DNA of 64,000 nucleotides from Mobula hypostoma (lineage: Eukaryota): the NCBI RefSeq assembly GCF_963921235.1, contig NC_086097.1:145888001-145952000 (forward strand). The letters are read 5' to 3'. Below the pieces are notes generated by a model. It was given only the letters and a program-made list of their open reading frames with translations, searched no databases and had not been told where the DNA came from. The position numbers and the translations under genes were made by a program. Positions 52,481 through 63,250 of the stretch are shown here, in pieces; the stretch's first letter is position 1, and the number at the start of each line of letters is the position of its first letter.

Positions 52481-53101
52481 CAGCATCTCCCAGTGGCCAC
52501 ACATTTTAATTCCACGTCCCATTCCCATTCTGATATGTCTATCCACGGCCTCCTCTACTGTAAAGATGAAGCCACACTCAGGTTGGAGGAACAACACCTT
52601 ATATTCCATCTGGGTAGCCTCCAACCTGATGGCATGAACATTGACTTCTCAAACTTCCGCTAATGCCCCACCTCCCCCGTACCCCATCCATTATTTATTT
52701 ATGTACACACATTCTTTTTCTCTCTCTCCTTTTTCTCCTTTTGTCCCTCTCACTATACCCCTTGCCCATCCTCTGGGTTTTTTTCCCCCCACTCCCCCTT
52801 TTCTTTCTCCCTAGGCCTCCTGTCCCATGATCCTCTCGTATCCCTTTTGCCAATCACCTGTCCTGCTCTTGGCTCCATCCCTTCCCCTCCTGTCTTCTCC
52901 TATCATTTTGGATCTCCCCCTCCCCGTCCCACTTTCAAATCTCTTACTAGCTCTTTTTCCATTTAGTCCTGATGAAGGGTCTCGGCCCAAAACGTCAAAT
53001 GTACCTCTTTCAATAGATGCTGCCTGGCCTGCTGTGTTCACCAGCAACTTTTATGTGTGTTGCTTGAAATTCCAGCATCTGCAGATTTCCTGGTGTTTGT
53101 G
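52481..53101 (+). mobile_element. Penelope-like 3' fragment (GIY-YIG C-terminus plus hammerhead-bearing terminal repeat)
   Basis: HLPVATHFN..LEEQHLIFHLGSLQPDGMNIDF; TSD AAGTCCAAAATG at 52469-52480 and 53102-53113. Confidence 0.92.
52965..53000 (+). ncRNA. Degenerate minimal type-I hammerhead ribozyme motif
   Basis: AGTC-CTGATGA-A-GGGT-CTCG-GCCC-AAAA-CG-TC-AAAT (GAAA mutated to AAAA). Confidence 0.6.
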
Positions 53102-53529
53102 AAGTCCAAAATGTGCTGGACTAGAGTTTCAGCCTATGGTGGTGCTTTCCATACATCAACTCTCTTTGTGTAAAAAAAACTGTCCATTCAATTCTCCTTT
53201 AGACGGTCCTACTTCTTGACTTAACCTTTGCCCTTTTGTTTTTAATATGTTTACCCTGGGAAAAAGATTTTGACTCTACTCTGTTTCTTGCTGTCATAAT
53301 CTATCAGGTTTATAAAGAGTATGAATCAATGAAAACGCACCATGTAATCTGGCTGGGATTGGCACCAAATTGGCCAATGGTTTGGCGATCCTGTTGTTGA
53401 ATGGGAAGCTCATAAGTTTTACTTCCCTATCGATGCTTTTTCATTATACCTTACATGTAACCATCAATGAATTGAGTCCAGAAATGGCTGCCTATGAAGG
53501 AAAATCATGGGCAGCCCCTCTTGATTTCC

Positions 53530-53705
53530 AAAGCAACACACAAGGTGTAGGAGGAACTCAGTGGCCAGGCAGCATCTATGAAGAGAAAGGGACAGTTGAT
53601 GTTTTGGTTTGAGACCTTTCATCTGGACTAAAAGAAGGAAAGGAAGTAACCAGAATAAAAATATGAAGTGAAGGTGTGAAGCAAGAGATTGGGTGATAAG
53701 TGGAT
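53530..53705 (-). mobile_element. Penelope terminal-repeat fragment
   Basis: Minus strand AGTCCAGATGAAAGGTCTCAAACCAAAACATCAACTG. Confidence 0.7.
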
Positions 53706-54414
53706 TCTTAACGACTTATGTAGATGCATGTAGATATCTGTAAAATCAACTTGTGTGTGAGCTGAGAACTTGCCCTGTATTATAAACTTGACCTATTTAG
53801 AAATAAAGTTATTCAAATCAGGCAAGTATTTCAACATAATTGTGTGGATGAATTTTTCTTATTTTTATAATTAATGTAGAAATCAGCAATTTCTAGATTA
53901 GTGTTTTCATACTTGTCACCAAAGTAATCCCACTTCATGGAAATTCTAGCTGAATTCTAGTGGTAAAAGAGAGAACCTGAAATAGCCTTTAAATACAAAT
54001 TCAAGTTTAATTGTTATTCAACCATACACTTGAATACAGCCAAACAAAACAGCCTTCCACTGAGGTTATGGTGCAAACCACAGTGCCAACAGTCACATAC
54101 AGCACAAAGCACATATAAATGCTATAGCAGAAAAACATACAATTACAAAAAAAAATTAAAATAATAATCAGAAAAAATATAACAAAATATTTTTAAATTA
54201 AAAAAATATTAAAAAATAAAAATAAAAGATGGTGCCTGGTTTCAGGAACAGTGGGTAAACTAGTTTCCATAACATAGATTGAAGGGTCCACTATACCACA
54301 ACTCCAGGGATGAATCTCCTTGCACCCTTTCCTAGCCGTTTGTAGTAAAACACTATTCATAAAGAGGTGGTTAATCATCTCATTCACATAATAGCCATCC
54401 TAAGGGTAGCATGT

Positions 54415-54620
54415 ATTTCTCTACATTACCACAGTGACTACACCTAACAGAATATTGCATTGATTTAAAAGCTTTTTGGAGAGCCAGAGTTTTGATTTAA
54501 CATTGCATCTGAAAGAGCAAACCTTCCTCAGTACAAATATCAGAAGTGTCAACCTAGATTATGTACTCAAATCTCTGGAGTAGGAATTGAATCCACAACC
54601 TTCTAACAGAGCAGCGACAC
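54415..54620 (-). mobile_element. Deu-domain SINE pieces (minus-strand head, plus-strand 3' piece)
   Basis: Minus AGAAGGTTGTGGATTCAATTCCTACTCCAGAGATTTGAGTACATAATCTAGG; plus CTACATTACCACAGTGACTACAC. Confidence 0.65.
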
Positions 54621-55759
54621 TGAAAGGCTCCTTTTGCCAAAACACTTCATTATTCAGCAGGTTTTATCCAAAATAAAGCCTGAAAACATTGTTAAAGTGG
54701 AAGATGATTCAGTGAGGCCATTTCTAGTCCCATCAAGTACACTGCAAATGTGATAGGGTCCATTAAGTACAAAATGAATAGGTTGGATACTGTGATCCAG
54801 AAATTCCCTTTCATAGTAAAATTCACCCAAATGACAGTACATGCAATTTGGTGTCTGTTCAATTTGTATAAATGACACCATATACCCCCTTATTACTGAA
54901 GAACCATTTAATCATATCAGCTCAAGCCATCATACTTGGGTTGCTTGATTTACACAACCCAGAATATTTAATCTCTCTATAGTCTAGGAACTGAGTCGGA
55001 CATTGCAAATGCATTTCATAAAATGAACAACTTGATACTTTTTCTTCATTACTTCAATTTTAGGGAAAAAATTGGATAGACTTGCTGCATCACGATCAAC
55101 CTTCCAAAGGACCTTAACTATCGGCATCTTTTTTAGAGAGAAATTCACACCATCTTGAATTGTTTAAAGAATCAGAGAAAGTAAGAGAATTCAAATGTCC
55201 CATTCTTTTCAAGTAAAGCTGTTTTAAAGCTCGAGCTTCCTCATCAGGAACATTTTTACTGAATGAGTGGTACCATGTAAATTTGTGTAACAACATAGGT
55301 AGAGTTTTAGAGGAACATAGATCAGAGGTGCATTTCAACCTCAGCTTTTGTTTACTAGGTGCCCCGATCCAATTGGAAATCCCAAATTAAATTTCACCTG
55401 GAAGATCATTTTAAGAGAGTCTTTCTGATCAACTGAGTTGAATCCATGAATTCCAGGAGGTTGGAAGGAAAGAAGAAATTCAGTGGTTCTGCTACATTCC
55501 TCTTTTTGTATTAATTTGCTCAATTTGGCATTGAAACTGTTCCTGAACTTTATTTATTTCCTGCGCAATCATCATGCAATTCTCTCCCTCTCAGTCACCA
55601 TATAAGGAAAAATATTGTGTCCTGGAAGCTCATGATCTCATTATAAGTAATCTTTGTAAGTACCAGGTTTCATGATTGAATGAGAAAGGCCCAGACCCAT
55701 GATGTCATTGAAGAAGAGATTAATAAAACTACAGCTTTAATTTTCCATCCTATTTGCCA

Positions 55760-56078
55760 CGGCAATGGGATAATGCAGTGGGGCTGTTGCTTTGCAACTC
55801 CATTGTTGAATCCTGATTTCTGGTGCTGTCTGTGTGAAATTTGCATTTCTCTCTCTCTCCATAGGTTTTATTGAAGGGCCCATTTCCCTTCTAAATCCCA
55901 AAGATGTGCTGTTTGGGAGGTTAATTGACCACTGTATATTGTCCCTAGGGTGAGGGAAAGTTACAGGACCTGGGGGAGTCGACTGAAAAGTGGGGAAAAT
56001 AATGATGTGATAGGATTAGTTAAGTAAATGTTTAATGCTTGAAGTATATTTTTGTGGGCCAAAGAGCTTGTTTCTATG
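55760..56078 (+). mobile_element. Old V-SINE
   Basis: GGTGCTGTCTGTGTGAAATTTGCAT..CCCAAAGATGTGCTG..GGTTAATTGACCACTGTA. Confidence 0.7.
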
Positions 56079-56591
56079 AAAACATATCTAGTGTTTTCCC
56101 GGTGGATATGACTGGTATCAATTTTAACCAACATTTCGATGACAAGCCCTGCCATCTTTGTCATTGAAATGATGGTTATGATCGATACCCATACCTGGCT
56201 GGAAGCCTGAGAAGAGTTTATTAGCATGTTTCAATATTTCATGATACAATGGTACTGTAGACTCCATGATGCTTCCACTCTGATGTACATGTGGCCTCCA
56301 GTACTGTTATATTCAGGCCCGATGGATCTCTGAGGATCAACACTTCATCGTCCCTTTATGTATGTTGAAGTTTTCTGGGCTCAAAATTGAATTCAATATT
56401 TTCTGGTAAATCACCTTCTCATTACCAAAGTTATCTGATCTGTTCGGCAGTAACTATAGCTTTTAGCTGTACTTCATAACCTGTAAATGTCCTGGTGTTT
56501 ATTTTCCCTCTCTCTCAATAACATTTTCCCTTTAATCTATTATTCAAATAGCTTCATCAAAGACTTAGCACCACAGCAATGTCGGATGTTC

Positions 56592-59500
56592 CATAAGACA
56601 TAGCATCAAAATTAGGCCTTTCAGCCCATCAAGTCTGCTCCTTCATTCCATTATGACTGATTTATTATCCTCCACAACCCCATTCTCCAGCCCTCTCTCC
56701 AACAACCATAGATCCCCAGATTAATCATGAACCTATCAACCTCCTCTTTAAATATACTCAATGACGTGTCCTCCACAGCTGTTCGTGGCAATGAATTCCA
56801 CAGATTAGCCATCCACTATCGGAGGAAATTCCTCCTAATCTCTGTCTGAAAGGCAACTCCCTCTATTCTGAAGCTGTGCCCTCGGGTCCTAGACTCATCC
56901 ACTATCGGAAACATTGTCTCCATATCGACTCTATCTAGACCTTTCAATATTCGATTGGTTGCAACGAGATACCCTCTCATTCTTCTAAACTCCATTCTTC
57001 TGAGCTCAGTATAAGCTCAGAACCATCAAATGTTCCTCATACATTAACCCTTTCATCCTCTTAATCATTCTCAAGAACCTCCTCTGGACCCTGTCCAATG
57101 TGAGCACATTGTTTCATAGATAAAGGGGTACAAAACTACTCACCATAATCCAAGTGCAGTCTGACCAATGCCTTACAAAACCTCAGCATTACATCCTTGC
57201 TTTTATATTCTTGTCCTCTCAAAACATTGCATTTGCCTTCCTTACTACTGACTCTACATGAAAATTAACCTTTAGAGAATCCTGCACGAGGTCTTCCAGG
57301 TCCCTCTGCACCTCTGATTTTTGAATTTTATCTGTTTAGAAAATAGTCTATGCCATTATTCCTGACATTATATTCCATCTATCACTTAGCCCATTCTATT
57401 AATTTGTCTAAGTCCTTCTGCACACTCCCTGCAACCTCAACACTACCTGCCTCTCCAGTTGTCTTCTTTTTGTCCACAAACTTGACCACAAAGCCATCAA
57501 TTCCAACAAACAAATCATTGAAATATAACTTGAAAAGGAATGGTCCCAATACCAACCTCTGCAGAGTACCATTAGCAGCCAACTAGAAAAGATTTTTCTT
57601 ATTCCCACATTTCAACTCCTGCCAATCAGACAATGCTATATCCATGCTAGTATCTTTCCTGTATCATCATGGGATCTTATCTTCTTAAGCAGCCTCATGT
57701 GTGGCATCTTGTCAAAGGCCTTCTGAAAATCCAAGTACACAACGTCCACCAATTCTCCTTTGACTATCCTGCTTGTTATTTCCTCAAAAAAATTCAACAG
57801 ATTTGTCAGGAAAGATTTCCCCTGAAAAAAACCATGATGACTTTGGCCTATTTTATCATATGCCAAATACCCCAACACCACATCCTTAACAATCAGCTCC
57901 AACATCTTCCCATCCACTGAGGTCAGACTAACTGGCCTATAATTTCCTTTCTTCTGCCTCTCTCCCTTCTTGAAGAGTGGAGTGACATTTGCAATTTTCC
58001 AGTCCTCCAGAACCATGCCAGAATCTATTGATTCTTGAAAGATCATTTCAGCTTCCTCTTTCAGAACCTTGGGATGTAGTTGATCTGGTCCAGTAGACTT
58101 ATTTACCTTCAGCTACCTTTCAGCTTCCCAAGCAATAGCTACTGCACTCCTTCCCCCGACACTCACTCATTCTTGGCATACTGCTAGTATCTTGCACAAT
58201 GAAGAGTGATGCAAAATACTTACTCAGTTTATCAACCATTTCTTTGTCCCCATTACTACCTTTACAGCATATTTTTTCAGTGGTCTAATATCCACTCTCA
58301 CCTCTCTTTTACTCTTTATATATCTGAAAAATTGGTATTCTCTTTGATATTGTTGGCTAGATAACCTTCATATTTCATTCCCCCCCCCATTCTTTCTTAG
58401 TTGATTTCTGTTAGTTTTTAAAAGTTTCCCAATTTTCTAACTTCATATTTATTTTTGCTGTATTATATGCCTTCTCTTTTGCTTTTCTGTCGGCTTTAAC
58501 TTCCCTTGTCAGCATCAATTGTGTCAAACTGCCTTTAAAATACTTGTTCTTCTTTGGGGTGTATCTATCCTGCACCTACTAAGTTTTTTTAAAATTTCAA
58601 AATATACTTTATTCAAAAATAAATATATACAATAAATCATTCAATAACTTTTCATCCTTTACATACGTTTCCATTATAGTCAGTACATATCCGTATTTAT
58701 AGCCACCCACGTGGCACTCCCGTAGTTCAGCTTACCATATCATTGTTGAGGGGTATACTCCCCGCCCACCGACCCCTCCCACTCCCACGGGTGGAGAAAC
58801 CTATACTGTGGTCAACCTATACTGTCTGCACCTGCTAAGTTGGTCCCAGAAATACCAGCCATTGCTGCTCTGCCATCATCCCTGCTAGTGTCTCCTTCCA
58901 ATCCACTTTGACCAGCTCCTCTCTTATGTCTCTGTAATTTCCTTTACTCCACAGTAATACTAATACATCTGGCTTTAGCTTCTCCCTCTCAAATTGCAGG
59001 ATGAATTCTACCATATTATAATCACTATACTCTAAGGGTTCTTTTATCTTAATCTCCCTAGTCAAATCTGGTTCATTACACAACACCCAATCTAGAATAG
59101 TTTTAAAAAGCCATCTTGTAGGCATTCTAAAAATTCTCTCTCTTCGGATCTGGCACCAATCTTCCTAATCTATATGTATATCAAAATCTTCTATGACTAT
59201 TGTAATGTTGCCTTTTTGACATGCATTTTCTATTTCCCATTGTAATTTGTTGTCCACATCCTGACTACTGTTTGGAGGCCTGTAGATAGCTTCCATCAGG
59301 GTCTTTGTAACCTTGCAGTTTCTTAACTCTACCCACAAGGATTCTATATCTTCCAATCCTATGTCACCTTTTCCTAAGGATTTTATTTTATTTTACACCA
59401 ACAGAGCCATGCCTCCCCCTTTGACTACCTGCCTATCCTTTCAATGCAGTGTGCATCCTTGGACGTTAAGCTCCCAACTATAATTTTCTTTCAGCCAAAA

Positions 59501-60175
59501 CTCAGTGATGCCCACATCATACCTACCAATCTCTAACAGCGCTACAAGATAATCTACCTTATTCTGTATACTGTGTGCATTCATATGTATCACCTTCAGT
59601 CCTATATCTGTCATCCTTTTGAATTTTATACCTATTTTACACTGCAACTCATCCCACTGACTGTAATTTTGCTCTATGATCTGCCTGTCCTTCCTGACAG
59701 TCTCACTACCCACTACCATTGCTTGTAAACCAACAGTTCTATCACTCTGATTCGCACAACCCTGCAAAATTAGTTTATATCCTCCCCAACAGCTCTAGAA
59801 AATCTGCCTGCAAGGATATTGGTCCCCCTCGAGTTCAGGCATAACCTCTCCCTTTTATACAGGTCATATCTTCCCCAGAAAAGATCCAGAAATCTGAAAC
59901 TTTGTCAACTACAGCAGTTTCTGAGCCATGCATTCAGCGGCCAAATCATCCTATTCTTATCCTCACTGGCACGTGGCACAGGCAGTGATCCAGAGATTGC
60001 TACCCTGGAGGTCCTGCTTTTCAACTTTCTACCTAGCTCTATCAATTCTCTCTTCAGGACCTCCTCATTTTTCCTACCTATGTCATTGGTATGAATATGT
60101 ACAAAGACCTCTGGCAGCTCCCCCTCCCCCTTTAGAATGATGTGTACCCGATCCGAGATATCTCTGATCCATCTG
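56592..60175 (-). mobile_element. CR1 LINE (ORF1 esterase to 3' end), decayed
   Basis: MNAHSIQNK, IYRPPNS, NYRPVSLTS, YLDFQKAFDKMPH; tail TATGTCTTATGG. Confidence 0.92.
58586..58825 (-). mobile_element. Tx1/L1-clade 3' UTR stub
   Basis: Minus-strand AATAAA plus A tail; 16 bp TSD CTGCACCT(A/G)CTAAGTT at 58570-58585 and 58826-58841. Confidence 0.75.
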
Positions 60176-60239
60176 GTATGTTGCCGACTTGGAGAAAAGG
60201 ATAAAAGAGTAGTCAGAGTAGTGGTTAATCTTAGAAGGC

Positions 60240-60460
60240 ACCTCAGGGCAGTGTGGAGGGAATGCTGTACTGTCAGAAGTGTTATCTTTTAGATGAGATG
60301 TTAAACTGAGACTCAATTGGATGATTATATTCTGCTCAATTCAAAGTAGGTGGAGAGGTTCTTTCAGTTTTTTAGTCAATATTTACCCTCTGGTGTTTGT
60401 AGGGCAACACGTGTAAATTTTCTGCCATTTTTCCCACTGTCATTAATGCTGATACTTTGA
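60240..60460 (+). mobile_element. Deu-domain SINE remnant
   Basis: GAGGGAATGCTGTACTGTCAGAAGTGTTATCTTTTAGATGAGATGTTAAACTGAG. Confidence 0.7.
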
Positions 60461-61598
60461 AAGAACTGTCAGTGACACTTCTTTATTGCTTTTGATGTCG
60501 AGGCTCATCAATCATTTAATTGTTTATTAAGTGTAAATGACAGCCATATAAAAATGGTTCACCAGCAAGAAATCATCTTATCCATAGGCAAAACAGTATG
60601 CTTAGCCTAGTTTCATAGGCGGCTCAGTTTTTTGTACGCAAGCCCTATTTTCAACAATAGTGTTTTTCATAATTGCAGGTGCCATCCTTTGGGAGTTTTG
60701 CAACCAGCTGCAAGCTAATTCATCATGTCCACACCTGTTTGGCATCAGGAAGCAAAAACTGAAGTGTTTCAGTCATTGCCTTGGAAGGAAAGAATTAACT
60801 CCCATTGCTTTCATATGAACAGATTACACCTATCACTGAAGACCAAGGTACTGCCTGAGGTATGTACCTACTGGTTCACTCATAAAATGAACCAGTAACA
60901 ACCCACTGTCACAATAAGCTTCCCTGTCATATTCCATGGTTTCTCCCCAGTGACCAGAAGCATGACTAATTGATCATGTTAGGAATGTCCATGCTTTTTG
61001 ACCTCATGGAATTCTTAGGAGCTTACCATTTTAACCTTTCATGGGTAAACCTTGTAGGCTTGGCCTGCTGCCAGCCATTTACATTGCATGTTCATTGTCG
61101 CTGTAACAACCTACCAACCAGCCCAATGGAAAAGTCTGCTTACTTGATTATTGTAGCTAAAATAAAGCAAATTACATTTTTTCACTTCTGATTTTCTCTA
61201 TCAATGGAATGGATTTATCAGAACCTAAATTCACGAAGACTAGCTCTTTAAATAACAATCCACAGTTTAGAGCCTCCTTTATCGGTCTGGGCCAGTACAG
61301 TACCAGAACTTTCAAACACCATTTGGAGGTTTTTGTAGTCCAGAAGTTTTAGGAATGCAGCACAGATGGGCAACAAATATACCTTTCATTTGGGTTACAT
61401 TGCATAATTAATGGACAAACATAAAAGAGCAAAGCAAGGTTGACCGATCAGCGTTACTGCCAGTTTGTGGTCTGCTTCCAAATTTATGCAGTCCATCTCT
61501 GACATTTTCCTTCCCTTTCTGGACTTCTCTGTCTCATTTTCAAGAGAGCCTAACTACCAGCATCTCTTGCAAGCTTACCGACTCCCACGGCTACCTAG

Positions 61599-61915
61599 TG
61601 TAACAAGAGACCGTGACAAGAATGGTTAGGACCCAAATGCTGGAGTATCCAAGTTCAGGATCGAGACGCGGAATAAAGCTGGAATGAGAACTGAGCACAA
61701 ACAAAACGATAGACAATATATCTAGTTGGCCTTATGAATCAGCACAGAGGCTCCATTCAGGTGTATCTTTAAGTACTCAATTCTTGGCGCCTAAAACATG
61801 ACTGCCAATTAGCAGGATGGTCCTAAACCTTTAAAGGGGCTGTGCTTGCTATTCATACGTCAGAGAGTCGGAGCACCTAAACCCCGGAAGCTGGTGCGGT
61901 TGGGTGCATCTCACA
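61599..61915 (-). repeat. 3' LTR of the Gypsy element
   Basis: TGT..ACA termini immediately after the polypurine tract. Confidence 0.75.
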
Positions 61916-62554
61916 ACGGGACCCCCTCCCCTACACCCAACTCCTGATGGCCCTGGCTGCTCAGAGAGATGGTGATAGTAGTTGTGGATGAGAACCAGAT
62001 CGAAGGTGTCTCTTTCAGATACCCGGCACCTTTCCTCGGGTCCGAATCCTTCCCAGTCCATGAGGTATTGCTGAACACACCAAACAGTTTGTGAGTCCAA
62101 AAGGCTTTTCACCATGAAGACCTGTTCCCCGTCGATAAACCTGGGTAGTGGCAGAGACAATGGTGGAGGGCCAGAGGGGCTGGTGCTGACAGGTTTTAAT
62201 TTAGTCTTGTGGAAGGTGGGATTGATCCTTAGGGTGTTGGGGAACTGCAAGGTGTAAGCCACTGGGTTTGCTTTCCTGAGGAATTGGAAGGGTCCAATTA
62301 ACTTGGGCGCCATCATTCTAGATTCCACCCAGAGAGGCAAATCTTGAGTGGACAGCCAGACCTGTTGGCCAAGCTGCAAAGTGGCTCCCTGTCTTCACCT
62401 TTGGTTGGCCTTGGTTTCCACCTTCCGGGTAGGGACCAGCAAAATTGCTCTTGCCGTTGTCCACTTGTGGTTTCAGTGTTGAACAAGCTCTTCAGCTGCA
62501 GGAACCCCAACTTCAGCCTTCTGTTCTGGGAAGAGTGGCGGAGGATAACCAAAC

Positions 62555-62654
62555 AACACACATCAAAGTTGCTGGTGAACGCAGCAGGCCAGGCAGCATC
62601 TCTAGGAAGAGGTACAGTTGATGTTTCAGGCCGAGACCCTTCGTCTGGACTAAC
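62555..62654 (-). mobile_element. 100 bp Penelope terminal-repeat stub starting at a hammerhead motif
   Basis: Minus AGTC-CAGACGA-A-GGGTCTCGGCCT-GAAA-CA-TC-AACT; TSD GGATAACCAAAC at 62543-62554 and 62655-62666. Confidence 0.88.
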
Positions 62655-63250
62655 GGATAACCAAACTGGCACTCGAATGGCCCATCACTTGTGCCGAGTT
62701 CTGTAACGTGTAATGGGTGGCCTCTGCCCACACTAAGTGGTCGCACCACTTGTCAGGTCTTTCTGAGGCCAGGCATTTTAGGGTTCGTTCCAAATCTTGG
62801 TTGACCCACTCCCTCTGGCCGTTGGACTGTGGGTGAAACCCAGATAAAAGACTTGCTATTGCCGCGGTCAGCTTACGGAATGCCCTCCAGAAATGTGATG
62901 CAAATTGAGGATCATGATCTGTGACAATGTCCACTTAGAATACAAGGTTCCTGAAGACCTGATCCAGGAAAGTTTTGGCCATCTCCACCGCAGATGGTAG
63001 CTTATCCAAGGCAATAAACTTGCAGGCCTTTGAAAACCGATCAATAATTACTATGATGACGGTCTTTCCCTCAGACAGAGGAAGATCCGTGACAAAGTCC
63101 ATGCACCCATAGTCTTTCCAGAACAGGTAGGGGGGTGGAGGAACCTTTGAGGTTGGGAACAGTGCTCCTTCTTCTGGGCTAACACCTCACATGTCTGCAT
63201 GTACAGCCGAACCTCTTTCATCATTCCAGGCCACCAATACCTTCACTTTG

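Larger units (their letters stand above)
54230..56500 (-). pseudogene. Fossil intronless ORF of unknown family with a GIY-YIG-like C-terminal domain
   Basis: Protein-like frames broken by stops, frameshifts and two SINEs; ordered motifs NKGVYGVIY..REFLDH..LMGLE..LLNNEVFWQKE..YPxDGYYVN. Confidence 0.4.
61599..63250 (-). mobile_element. Ty3/Gypsy chromovirus 3' part: decayed integrase, chromodomain, PPT and 3' LTR
   Basis: [37 protein letters not shown] motif, chromodomain VKSLLDS..YLMDWEGFGPEE; polypurine tract at 61916-61940. Confidence 0.92.

Noticed and set aside
60679..60859. Plus-strand exon-like segment (TTGCAG..GAG|GTATGT)
   Set aside because: Stops in all three frames; a non-coding exon cannot be supported from sequence alone
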